Assembly: GCA_964658305.1 (NCBI GenBank)
Contig: OZ210885.1
Span: forward strand, 14,570,001-14,634,000
Direction: 5' to 3'
Length of the DNA: 64,000 nucleotides
Source of the DNA: Leptogorgia sarmentosa
Lineage: Eukaryota
Shown here: positions 35,001 through 50,000 of the stretch, piece after piece
Position numbering within the stretch: position 1 is the stretch's first letter
Layout of the letters: each line of letters starts with the position of its first letter
The notes under the pieces: model-generated
Told to the model about the DNA's origin: nothing
Database searches by the model: none
Seen by the model: only the letters and a program-made list of their open reading frames with translations
Position numbers and translations under genes: made by a program

Positions 35001-38000
35001 GTTAAATATGATGAAATTTTGCTATAATTTAACCAACTTCTCTACCACCGTTCATAACAGTGATATACGAAGAAGCAATCTTGTTTTTTTGAGTCATTGA
35101 CGATGTGGCGGATAATTTATCAAGGTTGGTTAAATGTGGTGTAATTTTGCTATCATTTAACCAACTTCTCTAACACCCTTCATAACAATGATATATGAAG
35201 AAGCAACTTTGTTTTTTTTAGTCATTGACGATGAGGCATTTAATTTATCAAGGTTGGTTAAATTTTGCTATATTTAAACCAACTTCTCTAACACCCTTCA
35301 TGACAGTGATATATGAAGAAGCAACCTTGTTTTTTTAAGTCATTGACGATGTGGTGTTTAATTTATGAAGGTTGGTTAAATGTGATGAAATTTTGCTATA
35401 TTTTAAACAACTTCTCTAACACCCTTAATAAGAGTTATATATGAAGAAGCAACCTTGTTTTTTTTTAGTCATTGACGATGTGGCGTTTAATTTATCAAGG
35501 TTGGTTAAATGTGGTGAAATTTTGCTATAATTTAACTAACTTCTCCAACACCCTTCATAACAGTGATATATAAAGAAGCAACCTTGTTTTTTTTAGTGAT
35601 TGACGATGTGGCGTTTAATTTATCAAGGTTGGTTAAATACGGTGAAATTTTGCAATATTTTAACCAACTTCTCTAACACCCTTAATAAGAGTTATATATG
35701 AAGCAACCTTGTTTTTTTTTTAGTCATTGACGATGTGGCGTTTAATTTATCAAGGTTGGTTAAATGTGGTGAAATTTTTCTATAATTTAACTAACTTCTC
35801 TAACACCCTTCATAACAGTGATATATGAAGAAGGAACCTTGTTTTTTTTAGTCATTGACGACATGGCATTTAATTTATCAAGGTTGGTTAAATTTCGTGA
35901 AATTTTGCTATATTTTAACCAACTTCTCTAACACCCTTAATAAGAGTGATATATGAAGAAGCAAACTCGTTCTTTATAGTCATGTACCACGTAGCGTAAT
36001 TTATCAAGGTTGGTTAAATGTGGTGAAAGTTTGCTATATTTAAACCAACTTCTCTAACACCGTTCATAACAGTGATATACGAAGAAGCAATCTTGTTTTT
36101 TTGAGTCATTGACGATGTGGCGGATAATTTATCAAGGTTGGTTAAATATGGTGAAATTTTGCTATAATTTAACCAACTTATCTAACACCGTTCATAACAG
36201 TGATATACGAAGAAGCAATCTTGTTTTTTTGAGTCATTGACGATGTGGCGTTTAATTTATCAAGGTTGGTTAAATGTGGTGAAATTTTGCTATAATTCAA
36301 CCAACTTCTCTAACACCGTTCATAACAGTGATATACAAAGAAGCAACTTTGTTTTTTTTAGTCATTGACGATGTGGCATTTAATTTATCAAGGTTGGTTA
36401 AATGTGGTGAAAGTTTGCTATATTTAAACCAACTTCTCTAACACCGTTCATAACAGTGATATACGAAGAAGCAATCTTGTTTTTTTGAGTCATTGACGAT
36501 GTGGCGGATAATTTATCAAGGTTGGTTAAATATGGTGAAATTTTGCTATAATTTAACCAACTTATCTAACACCGTTCATAACAGTGATATACGAAGAAGC
36601 AATCTTGTTTTTTTGAGTCATTGACGATGTGGCGTTTAATTTATCAAGGTTGGTTAAATGTGGTGAAATTTTGCTATAATTCAACCAACTTCTCTAACAC
36701 CCTTCATAACAGTGATATATGAAGAAGGAATCTTGTTTTTTTGACTCATTGACGATGTGGCGTTTATTTTATCATGGTTGGTTAAATATGGTGAAATTTT
36801 CCTATAATTTAACTAACTTCTCTAACACCCTTCATAACAGTGATATATGAAGAAGCAACCTTGTTTTTTTGAGTCATTGACGATGTGGCGTTTAATTTAT
36901 CAAGGTTGGTTAAATGTGGTGAAATTTTGCTATATTTAAACCAACTTCTCTAACACCGTTCATAACAGTGATATATAAAGAAGCAATCTTATTTTTTTGA
37001 GTCATTGACGATGTGGCGGTTAATTTATCTAGGTTGGTTGAATATGATGAAATTTTGCTATATTTTAACAAACTTCTCTAACACCCTTAATAAGAGTGAT
37101 ATATGAAGAAGCAAACTCGTTCTTTATAGTCATGTACCATGTAGCGTAATTTATCAAGGTTGGTTAGATATGGTGAAATTTTCCTATAATTTAACGAACT
37201 TCTCTAACACCCTTCATAACAGTGATATGCGAAGAAGAAATCTTGTTTTTTTTGAGACAATGTGGCGTTTAATTTATCAACGTTGGTTAAATGTGGTGTA
37301 ATTTTGCTATCATTTAACCAACTTCTCTAACACCCTTCATAACAGTGATATATGAAGAAGCAACCTTGTTTTTTTTAGTCATTGACGATGTGGCATTTAA
37401 TTTATCAAGGTTGGTTACATTTGGTGAAATTTTGCTATATTTAAACCAACTTCTCTAACACCCTTCATGACAGTGATATATGAAGAAGCAATCTTGTTTT
37501 TTTTAGTCATTCACTATGTGGCGTTTAATTTATCAAGGTTGGTTAAATGTGGGGAAATTTTGCTATAATTTAACCAACTTCTCTAACACCCTTCATAACA
37601 GTGATATATGAAGAAGGAATCTTGTTTTTTTGAGTCATTGACGATGTGGCGTTTAATTTATCAAGGTTCGTTAAATATGGTGAAATTTTGCTATAATTTA
37701 ACTAACTTCGCTAACACCCTTCATAACAGTGATATATAAAGAAGCAACCTTGTTTTTTTTAGTGATTGACGATGTGGCGTTTAATTTATCAAGGTTGGTT
37801 AAATGTGGTGAAATTTTGCTATATTTTAACCAACTTCTCTAACACCCTTAATAAGAGTTATATATGAAGAAGCAACCTTGTTTTTTTTGAGTCATTGAGG
37901 ATGTGGCGTTTAATTTTTCAAGGTAGGTGAAATTTTGCTATAATTTAACTAACTTCTCTAACACCCTTCATAACAGTGATATATGAAGAAGCAACCTTGT

Positions 38001-41000
38001 TTTTTTTAGTCATTGACGATGTGGCGTTTAATTTATCAAGGTTGGTTAAATGTGGTGAAATTTTGCTATATTTTAACCAACTTCTCTAACACCCTTAATA
38101 AGAGTTATATATGAAGAAGCAACCTTGTTTTTTTGGAGTCATTGACGATGTGGCGTTTAATTTATCAAGGTTGGTTAAATGTGGTGAAATTTTGCTATAT
38201 TTTAACCAACTTCTCTAACACCATTAATAAGAGTGATATATGAAGAAGCAAACTCGTTCTTTATAGTCATGTACCATGTCGCGTAATTTATCAAGGTTGG
38301 TTAAATGTGGTGAAAGTTTGCTATATTTAAACCAACTTCTCTAACACCGTTCATAACAGTGATATACGAAGAAGCAATCTTGTTTTTTTGAGTCATTGAC
38401 GATGTGGCGTTTAATTTATCAAGGTTCGTTAAATATGGTGAAATTTTGCTATAACTTAACTAACTTCTCTAACACCCTTCATAACAGTGATATATAAAGA
38501 AGCAACCTTGTTTTTTTTAGTGATTGACGATGTGGCGTTTAATTTATCAAGGTTGGTTAAATGTGGTGAAATTTTGCCATATTTTAACCAACTTTTCTAA
38601 CACCCTTAACAAGAGTTATATATGAAGAAGCAACCTTGTTTTTTTTGAGTCATTGAGGATGTGGCGTTTAATTTTTCAAGGTAGGTGAAATTTTTCTATA
38701 ATTTAACTAACTTCTCTAACACCCTTCATAACACTGATATATGAAGAAGCAACCTTGTTTTTTTTAGTCATTGACGATGTGGCGTTTAATTTATCAAGGT
38801 TGGTTAAATGTGGTGAAATTTTGCTATATTTTAACCAACTTCTCTAACACCCTTAATAAGAGTTATATATGAAGAAGCAACCTTGTTTTTTTGGAGTCAT
38901 TGACGATGTGGCGTTTAATTTATCAAGGTTGGTTAAATGTGGTGAAATTTTGCTATATTTTAACAAACTTCTCTAACACCCTTCATGACAGTGATATATG
39001 AAGAAGTAATCTTGTTTTTTTGAGTCATTAACGATGTGGCGTTTAATTTATCAAGGTTGGTTAAATGTGGTGAAATTTTGCTATATTTTAACCAACTTCT
39101 CTAACACCATTAATAAGAGTGATATATGAAGAAGCAAACTCGTTCTTTATAGTCATGTACCATGTCGCGTAATTTATCAAGGTTGGTTAAATGTGGTGAA
39201 AGTTTGCTATATTTAAACCAACTTCTCTAACACCGTTCATAACAGTGATATACGAAGAAGCAATCTTGTTTTTTTGAGTCATTGACGATGTGGCATTTAA
39301 TTTATCAAGGTTGGTTACATTTTGCTATATTTAAACCAACTTCTGTAACACCCTTCATAACAGTGATATATGAAGAAGCAACCTTGTTTTTTTTAGTCAT
39401 TGACGATGTGGCATTTAATTTATTAAGGTTGGTTACATTTGGTGAAATTTTGCTATAATTTAACCAACTTCTCTAACACCCTTCATAACAGTGATATACG
39501 AAGAAGAAATCTTGTTTTTTTTGAGTCATTGACAATGTGGCGGATAATTTATCAAGGTTGGTTAAATATGGTGAAATTTTCCTATAATTTAACCAACTTC
39601 TCTAACACCCTTCATAACAGTGATATACGAAGAAGAAATCTTCTTTTTTTGAGTCATTGACAATGTGGCGTTTAATTTATCAAGGTTGGTTAAATGTGGT
39701 GTAATTTTGCTATCATTTAACCAACTTCTCTAACACCCTTCATAACAGTGATATATGAAGAAGCAACCTTGTTTTTTTTAGTCATTGACGATGTGGCATT
39801 TAATTTATTAAGGTTGGTTACATTTGGTGAAATTTTGCTATAATTTAACCAACTTCTCTAACACCCTTCATAACAGTGATATACGAAGAAGAAATCTTGT
39901 TTTTTTTGAGTCATTGACAATGTGGCGGATAATTTATCAAGGTTGGTTAAATATGGTGAAATTTTCCTATAATTTAACCAACTTCTCTAACACCCTTCAT
40001 AACAGTGATATACGAAGAAGAAATCTTCTTTTTTTGAGTCATTGACAATGTGGCGTTTAATTTATCAAGGTTGGTTAAATGTGGTGTAATTTTGCTATCA
40101 TTTAACCAACTTCTCTAACATCCATCATAACAGTGATATATGAAAAAGCAACCTTGTTTTTTTTAGTCATTGACGATGTGGCATTTAATTTATCAAGGTT
40201 GGTTACATTTGGTGAAATTTTGCTATATTTAAACCAACTTCTCTAACACCCTTCATGACAGTGATATAGGAAGAAGCAATCTTGTTTTTTTTAGTCATTG
40301 ACGATGTGGCATTTAATTTATCAAGGTTGGTTAAATGTGGGGAAATTTTGCTATAATTTAACCAACTTCTCTAACACCCTTCATAACAGTGATATATGAA
40401 GAAGGAATCTTGTTTTTTTGAGTCATTGACGATGTGGCGTTTAATTTATCAAGGTTCGTTAAATATGGTGAAATTTTGCTATAATTTAACTAACTTCTCT
40501 AACACCCTTCATAACAGTGATATATAAAGAAGCAACCTTGTTTTTTTTAGTGATTGACGATGTGGCGTTTAATTTATCAAGGTTGGTTAAATGTGGTGAA
40601 ATTTTGCTATATTTTAACCAACTTCTCTAACACCCTTAATAAGAGTTATATATGAAGAAGCAACCTTGTTTTTTTTAGTCATTGACGATGTGGCGTTTAA
40701 TTTATCAAGGTTGGTGAAATTTTGCTATAATTTAACTGACTTCTCTAACACCCTTCATAACAGTGATATATGAAAAAGCAACCTTGTTTTTTTTAGTCAT
40801 TGACGATGTGGCGTTTAATTTATCAAAGTTGGTTAAATGTGGTGAAATTTTCCTATATTTTAACCAACTTCTCTAACACCCTTAATAAGAGTTATATATG
40901 AAGAAGCAACCTTGTTTTTTTTGAGTCATTGACGATGTGGCGTTTAATTTATCAAGGTTGGTTAAATGTGGTGAAATTTTGCTATATTTTAACCAACTTC

Positions 41001-44000
41001 TCTAACACCCTTCATGACAGTGATATATGAAGAAGTAATCTTGTTTTTTTGAGTCATTGACGATGTGGCGTTTAATTTATCAAGGTTGGTTAAATGTGGT
41101 GAAATTTTGCTATATTTTAACCAACTTCTCTAACACCCTTAATAAGAGTGATATATGAAGAAGCAAACTCGTTCTTTATAGTCATGTACCATGTAGCGTA
41201 ATTTATCAAGGTTGGTTAAATGTGGTGAAAGTTTGCTATATTTAAACCAACTTCTCTAACACCGTTCATAACAGTGATATACGAAGAAGCAATCTTGTTT
41301 TTTTGAGTCATTGACGATGTGGCGGATAATTTATCAAGGTTGGTTAAATATGGTGAAATTTTGCTATAATTTAACCAACTTCTCTAACACCGTTCATAAC
41401 AGCGATATACGAAGAAGCAATCTTGTTTTTTTGAGTCATTGACAATGTGGCGTTTAATTTATCAAGGTTGGTTAAATGTGGTGTAATTTTGCTATCATTT
41501 AACCAACTTCTCTAACACCCTTCATAACAGTGATATATGAAGAAGCAATCTTGTTTTTTTGAGTCATTGACGATGTGGCGTTTAATTTATCAAGGTTGGT
41601 TAAATGTGGTGAAATTTCCCTATAATTTAACTAACTTCTCTAACACCCTTCATAACAGTGATATATGAAGAAGCAACCTTGTTTTTTTTAGTCATTGACG
41701 ATGTGACGTTTAATTTATCAAGGTTGGTTAAATGTGGTGAAATTTTGCTATATTTTAACCAACTTCTCTAACACCCTTAATAAGAGTTATATATGAAGAA
41801 CCAACCTTGTTTTTTTTTAGTCATTGACGATGTGGCGTTTAATTTATCAAGGTTGGTGTAATGTGGTGAAATTTTGCTATATTTTAACCAACTTCTCTAA
41901 CACCCTTAATAAGAGTGATATATGAAGAAGCAAACTCGTTCTTTATAGTCATGTACCGTAATTTATCAAGGTTGGTTAAATATGGTGAAATTTTGCTATA
42001 ATTTAACCAACTTCTCTAACACCGTTCATAACAGTGATATACGAAGAAGCAATCTTGTTTTTTTGAGTCATTGACAATGTGGCGGTTAATTTAACTAGGT
42101 TGGTTAAATTTTGCTATAATTTAACCAACTTCTCTAACACCCTTCATAACAGTGATATACGAAGAAGCAATCTTGTTTTTTTGAGTCATTGACGATGTGG
42201 CGGATAATTTATCAAGGTTGGTTAAATGTGGTGAAAGTTTGCTATATTTAAACCAACTTCTCTAACACCGTTCATAACAGTGATATACGAAGAAGCAATC
42301 TTGTTTTTTTGAGTCATTGACGATGTGGCGGATAATTTATCAAGGTTGGTTAAATATGGTGAAATTTTGCTATAATTTAACCAACTTCTCTAACACCGTT
42401 CATAACAGTGATATACAAAGAAGCAATCTTGTTTTTTTGAGTCATTGACGATGTGGCGGTTAATTTATCTAGGTTGGTTAAATATGATGAAATTTTGCTA
42501 TAATTTAACCAACTTCTCTAACACCGTTCATAACAGTGATATACGAAGAAGCAATCTTGTTTTTTTGAGTCATTGACGATGTGGCGGATAATTTATCAAG
42601 GTTGGTTAAATGTGGTGTAATTTTGCTATCATTTAACCAACTTCTCTAACACCCTTCATAACAATGATATATGAAGAAGCAACTTTGTTTTTTTTAGTCA
42701 TTGACGATGCGGCATTTAATTTATCAAGGTTGGTTAAATTTTGCTATATTTAAACTAACTTCTCTAACACCCTTCATGACAGTGATATATGAAGAAGCAA
42801 CCTTGTTTTTTTAAGTCATTGACGATGTGGTGTTTAATTTATGAAGGTTGGTTAAATGTGATGAAATTTTGCTATATTTTAAACAACTTCTCTAACACCC
42901 TTAATAAGAGTTATATATGAAGAAGCAACCTTGTTTTTTTTTAGTCATTGACGATGTGGCGTTTAATTTATCAAGGTTGGTTAAATGTGGTGAAATTTTG
43001 CTATAATTTAACTAACTTCTCCAACACCCTTCATAACAGTGATATATAAAGAAGCAACCTTGTTTTTTTTAGTGATTGACGATGTGGCATTTAATTTATC
43101 AAGGTTGGTTAAATACGGTGAAATTTTGCAATATTTTAACCAACTTCTCTAACACCCTTAATAAGAGTTATATATGAAGCAACCTTGTTTTTTTTTTAGT
43201 CATTGACGATGTGGCATTTAATTTATCAAGGTTGGTTAAATGTGGTGAAATTTTTGTATAATTTAACTAACTTCTCTAACACCCTTCATAACAGTGATAT
43301 ATGAAGAAGCAACCTTGTTTTTTTTAGTCATTGACGATGTGGCGTTTAATTTATCAAGGTTGGTTAAATGTGGTGAAATTTTGCTGTAATTTAACCAACT
43401 TCTCTAACACCGTTCATAACAGTGATATACAAAGAAGCAATCTTGTTTTTTTGAGTCATTGACGATGTGGCATTTAATTTATCAAGGTTGGTTAAATGTG
43501 GGGAAATTTTGCTATAATTTAACCAACTTCTCTAACACCCTTCATAACAGTGATATATGAAGAAGAAATCTTGTTTTTTTTAGTCATTGACGATGTGGCA
43601 TTTAATTTATCAAGGTTGGTTACATTTGGTGAATGTTTGCTATATTTAAACCAACTTCTGTAACACCCTTCATGACAGTGATATATGAAGAAGCAATCTT
43701 GTTTTTTTGAGTCATTGACTATGTGGCGTTTAATTTATCAAGGTTGGTTAAATGTGGTGAAATTTTGCTATAATTTAACCAACTTCTCTAACACCGTTCA
43801 TAACAGTGATATATAAAGAAGCAATCTTGTTTTTTTTAGTGATTGACGATGTGGCGTTTAATTTATCAAGGTTGGTTAAATATGATGAAATTTTGCTATA
43901 ATTTAACCAACTTCTCTAACACCGTTCATAACAGTGATATACGAAGAAGCAATCTTGTTTTTTTGAGTCATTGACGATGTGGCGGATAATTTATCAAGGT

Positions 44001-47000
44001 TGGTTAAATGTGGTGTAATTTTGCTATCATTTAACCAACTTCTCTAACACCCTTCATAACAATGATATATGAAGAAGCAACTTTGTTTTTTTTAGTCATT
44101 GACGATGCGGCATTTAATTTATCAAGGTTGGTTAAATTTTGCTATATTTAAACCAACTTCTCTAACACCCTTCATGACAGTGATATATGAAGAAGCAACC
44201 TTGTTTTTTTAAGTCATTGACGATGTGGTGTTTAATTTATGAAGGTTGGTTAAATGTGATGAAATTTTGCTATATTTTAAACAACTTCTCTAACACCCTT
44301 AATAAGAGTTATATATGAAGAAGCAACCTTGTTTTTTTTTAGTCATTGACGATGTGGCGTTTAATTTATCAAGGTTGGTTAAATGTGGTGAAATTTTGCT
44401 ATAATTTAACTAACTTCTCCAACACCCTTCATAACAGTGATATATAAAGAAGCAACCTTGTTTTTTTTAGTGATTGACGATGTGGCGTTTAATTTATCAA
44501 GGTTGGTTAAATACGGTGAAATTTTGCAATATTTTAACCAACTTCTCTAACACCCTTAATAAGAGTTATATATGAAGCAACCTTGTTTTTTTTTTAGTCA
44601 TTGACGATGTGGCGTTTAATTTATCAAGGTTGGTTAAATGTGGTGAAATTTTTCTATAATTTAACTAACTTCTCTAACACCCTTCATAACAGTGATATAT
44701 GAAGAAGGAACCTTGTTTTTTTTAGTCATTGACGACATGGCATTTAATTTATCAAGGTTGGTTAAATTTCGTGAAATTTTGCTATATTTTAACCAACTTC
44801 TCTAACACCCTTAATAAGAGTGATATATGAAGAAGCAAACTCGTTCTTTATAGTCATGTACCACGTAGCGTAATTTATCAAGGTTGGTTAAATGTGGTGA
44901 AAGTTTGCTATATTTAAACCAACTTCTCTAACACCGTTCATAACAGTGATATACGAAGAAGCAATCTTGTTTTTTTGAGTCATTGACGATGTGGCGGATA
45001 ATTTATCAAGGTTGGTTAAATATGGTGAAATTTTGCTATAATTTAACCAACTTATCTAACACCGTTCATAACAGTGATATACGAAGAAGCAATCTTGTTT
45101 TTTTGAGTCATTGACGATGTGGCGTTTAATTTATCAAGGTTGGTTAAATGTGGTGAAATTTTGCTATAATTCAACCAACTTCTCTAACACCCTTCATAAC
45201 AGTGATATATGAAGAAGCAATCTTATTTTTTTGAGTCATTGACGATGTGGCGGTTAATTTATCTAGGTTGGTTGAATATGATGAAATTTTGCTATATTTT
45301 AACCAACTTCTCTAACACCCTTAATAAGAGTGATATATGAAGAAGCAAACTCGTTCTTTATAGTCATGTACCATGTAGCGTAATTTATCAAGGTTGGTTA
45401 GATATGGTGAAATTTTCCTATAATTTAACCAACTTCTCTAACACCCTTCATAACAGTGATATACGAAGAAGAAATCTTGTTTTTTTTTAGACAATGTGGC
45501 GTTTAATTTATCAACGTTGGTTAAATGTGGTGTAATTTTGCTATCATTTAACCAACTTCTCTAACACCCTTCATAACAGTGATATATGAAGAAGCAACCT
45601 TGTTTTTTTTAGTCATTGACGATGTGGCATTTAATTTATCAAGGTTGGTTACATTTGGTGAAATTTTGCTATATTTAAACCAACTTCTCTAACACCCTTA
45701 ATAAGAGTTATATATGAAGAACCAACCTTGTTTTTTTTTAGTCATTGACGATGTGGCGTTTAATTTATCAAGGTTGGTTAAATGTGGTGAAATTTTGCTA
45801 TATTTTAACCAACTTCTCTAACACCCTTAATAAGAGTGATATATGAAGAAGCAAACTCGTTCTTTATAGTCATGTACCGTAATTTATCAAGGTTGGTTAA
45901 ATATGGTGAAATTTTGCTATAATTTAACCAACTTCTCTAACACCGTTCATAACAGTGATATACGAAGAAGCAATCTTGTTTTTTTGAGTCATTGACAATG
46001 TGGCGGTTAATTTAACTAGGTTGGTTAAATTTTGCTATAATTTAACCAACTTCTCTAACACCCTTCATAACAGTGATATACGAAGAAGCAATCTTGTTTT
46101 TTTGAGTCATTGACGATGTGGCGGATAATTTATCAAGGTTGGTTAAATGTGGTGAAAGTTTGCTATATTTAAACCAACTTCTCTAACACCGTTCATAACA
46201 GTGATATACGAAGAAGCAATCTTGTTTTTTTGAGTCATTGACGATGTGGCGGATAATTTATCAAGGTTGGTTAAATATGGTGAAATTTTGCTATAATTTA
46301 ACCAACTTCTCTAACACCGTTCATAACAGTGATATACGAAGAAGCAATCTTGTTTTTTTGAGTCATTGACGATGTGGCGGATAATTTATCAAGGTTGGTT
46401 AAATGTGGTGTAATTTTGCTATCATTTAACCAACTTCTCTAACACCCTTCATAACAATGATATATGAAGAAGCAACTTTGTTTTTTTTAGTCATTGACGA
46501 TGCGGCATTTAATTTATCAAGGTTGGTTAAATTTTGCTATATTTAAACCAACTTCTCTAACACCCTTCATGACAGTGATATATGAAGAAGCAACCTTGTT
46601 TTTTTAAGTCATTGACGATGTGGTGTTTAATTTATGAAGGTTGGTTAAATGTGATGAAATTTTGCTATATTTTAAACAACTTCTCTAACACCCTTAATAA
46701 GAGTTATATATGAAGAAGCAACCTTGTTTTTTTTTAGTCATTGACGATGTGGCGTTTAATTTATCAAGGTTGGTTAAATGTGGTGAAATTTTGCTATAAT
46801 TTAACTAACTTCTCCAACACCCTTCATAACAGTGATATATAAAGAAGCAACCTTGTTTTTTTTAGTGATTGACGATGTGGCGTTTAATTTATCAAGGTTG
46901 GTTAAATACGGTGAAATTTTGCAATATTTTAACCAACTTCTCTAACACCCTTAATAAGAGTTATATATGAAGCAACCTTGTTTTTTTTTTAGTCATTGAC

Positions 47001-50000
47001 GATGTGGCGTTTAATTTATCAAGGTTGGTTAAATGTGGTGAAATTTTTCTATAATTTAACTAACTTCTCTAACACCCTTCATAACAGTGATATATGAAGA
47101 AGGAACCTTGTTTTTTTTAGTCATTGACGACATGGCATTTAATTTATCAAGGTTGGTTAAATTTCGTGAAATTTTGCTATATTTTAACCAACTTCTCTAA
47201 CACCCTTAATAAGAGTGATATATGAAGAAGCAAACTCGTTCTTTATAGTCATGTACCACGTAGCGTAATTTATCAAGGTTGGTTAAATGTGGTGAAAGTT
47301 TGCTATATTTAAACCAACTTCTCTAACACCGTTCATAACAGTGATATACGAAGAAGCAATCTTGTTTTTTTGAGTCATTGACGATGTGGCGGATAATTTA
47401 TCAAGGTTGGTTAAATATGGTGAAATTTTGCTATAATTTAACCAACTTATCTAACACCGTTCATAACAGTGATATACGAAGAAGCAATCTTGTTTTTTTG
47501 AGTCATTGACGATGTGGCGTTTAATTTATCAAGGTTGGTTAAATGTGGTGAAATTTTGCTATAATTCAACCAACTTCTCTAACACCCTTCATAACAGTGA
47601 TATATGAAGAAGCAATCTTATTTTTTTGAGTCATTGACGATGTGGCGGTTAATTTATCTAGGTTGGTTGAATATGATGAAATTTTGCTATATTTTAACCA
47701 ACTTCTCTAACACCCTTAATAAGAGTGATATATGAAGAAGCAAACTCGTTCTTTATAGTCATGTACCATGTAGCGTAATTTATCAAGGTTGGTTAGATAT
47801 GGTGAAATTTTCCTATAATTTAACCAACTTCTCTAACACCCTTCATAACAGTGATATACGAAGAAGAAATCTTGTTTTTTTTTAGACAATGTGGCGTTTA
47901 ATTTATCAAGGTTGGTTAAATGTGGTGTAATTTTGCTATCATTTAACCAACTTCTCTAACACCCTTCATAACAGTGATATATGAAGAAGCAACCTTGTTT
48001 TTTTTAGTCATTGACGATGTGGCATTTAATTTATCAAGGTTGGTTACATTTGGTGAAATTTTGCTATATTTAAACCAACTTCTCTAACACCCTTCATGAC
48101 AGTGATATATGAAGAAGCAATCTTGTTTTTTTGAGTCATTCACTATGTGGCGTTTAATTTATCAAGGTTGGTTAAATGTGGGGAAATTTTGCTATAATTT
48201 AACCAACTTCTCTAACACCCTTCATAACAGTGATATATGAAGAAGGAATCTTGTTTTTTTGAGTCATTGACGATGTGGCGTTTAATTTATCAAGGTTCGT
48301 TAAATATGGTGAAATTTTGCTATAATTTAACTAACTTCGCTAACACCCTTCATAACAGTGATATATAAAGAAGCAACCTTGTTTTTTTTAGTGATTGACG
48401 ATGTGGCGTTTAATTTATCAAGGTTGGTTAAATGTGGTGAAATTTTGCTATATTTTAACCAACTTCTCTAACACCCTTAATAAGAGTTATATATGAAGAA
48501 GCAACCTTGTTTTTTTTGAGTCATTGAGGATGTGGCGTTTAATTTTTCAAGGTAGGTGAAATTTTGCTATAATTTAACTAACTTCTCTAACACCCTTCAT
48601 AACAGTGATATATGAAGAAGCAACCTTGTTTTTTTTAGTCATTGACGATGTGGCGTTTAATTTATCAAGGTTGGTTAAATGTGGTGAAATTTTGCTATAT
48701 TTTAACCAACTTCTCTAACACCCTTAATAAGAGTTATATATGAAGAAGCAACCTTGTTTTTTTGGAGTCATTGACGATGTGGCGTTTAATTTATCAAGGT
48801 TGGTTAAATGTGGTGAAATTTTGCTATATTTTAACCAACTTCTCTAACACCATTAATAAGAGTGATATATGAAGAAGCAAACTCGTTCTTTATAGTCATG
48901 TACCATGTCGCGTAATTTATCAAGGTTGGTTAAATGTGGTGAAAGTTTGCTATATTTAAACCAACTTCTCTAACACCGTTCATAACAGTGATATACGAAG
49001 AAGCAATCTTGTTTTTTTGAGTCATTGACGATGTGGCGTTTAATTTATCAAGGTTCGTTAAATATGGTGAAATTTTGCTATAACTTAACTAACTTCTCTA
49101 ACACCCTTCATAACAGTGATATATAAAGAAGCAACCTTTTTTTTTTTAGTGATTGACGATGTGGCGTTTAATTTATCAAGGTTGGTTAAATGTGGTGAAA
49201 TTTTGCCATATTTTAACCAACTTTTCTAACACCCTTAATAAGAGTTATATATGAAGAAGCAACCTTGTTTTTTTTGAGTCATTGAGGATGTGGCGTTTAA
49301 TTTTTCAAGGTAGGTGAAATTTTGCTATAATTTAACTAACTTCTCTAACACCCTTCATAACAGTGATATATGAAGAAGCAACGTTGTTTTTTTTAGTCAT
49401 TGACGATGTGGCGTTTAATTTATCAAGGTTGGTTAAATGTGGTGAAATTTTGCTATATTTTAACCAACTTCTCTAACACCCTTAATAAGAGTTATATATG
49501 AAGAAGCAACCTTGTTTTTCTGGAGTCATTGACGATGTGGCGTTTAATTTATCAAGGTTGGTTAAATGTGGTGAAATTTTGCTATATTTTAACCAACTTC
49601 TCTAACACCCTTCATGACAGTGATATATGAAGAAGTAATCTTGTTTTTTTGAGTCATTAACGATGTGGCGTTTAATTTATCAAGGTTGGTTAAATGTGGT
49701 GAAATTTTGCTATATTTTAACCAACTTCTCTAACACCATTAATAAGAGTGATATATGAAGAAGCAAACTCGTTCTTTATAGTCATGTACCATGTCGCGTA
49801 ATTTATCAAGGTTGGTTAAATGTGGTGAAAGTTTGCTATATTTAAACCAACTTCTCTAACACCGTTCATAACAGTGATATACGAAGAAGCAATCTTGTTT
49901 TTTTGAGTCATTGACGATGTGGCGGATAATTTATCAAGGTTGGTTAAATATGGTGAAATTTTGCTGTAATTTAACCAACTTCTCTAACACCGTTCATAAC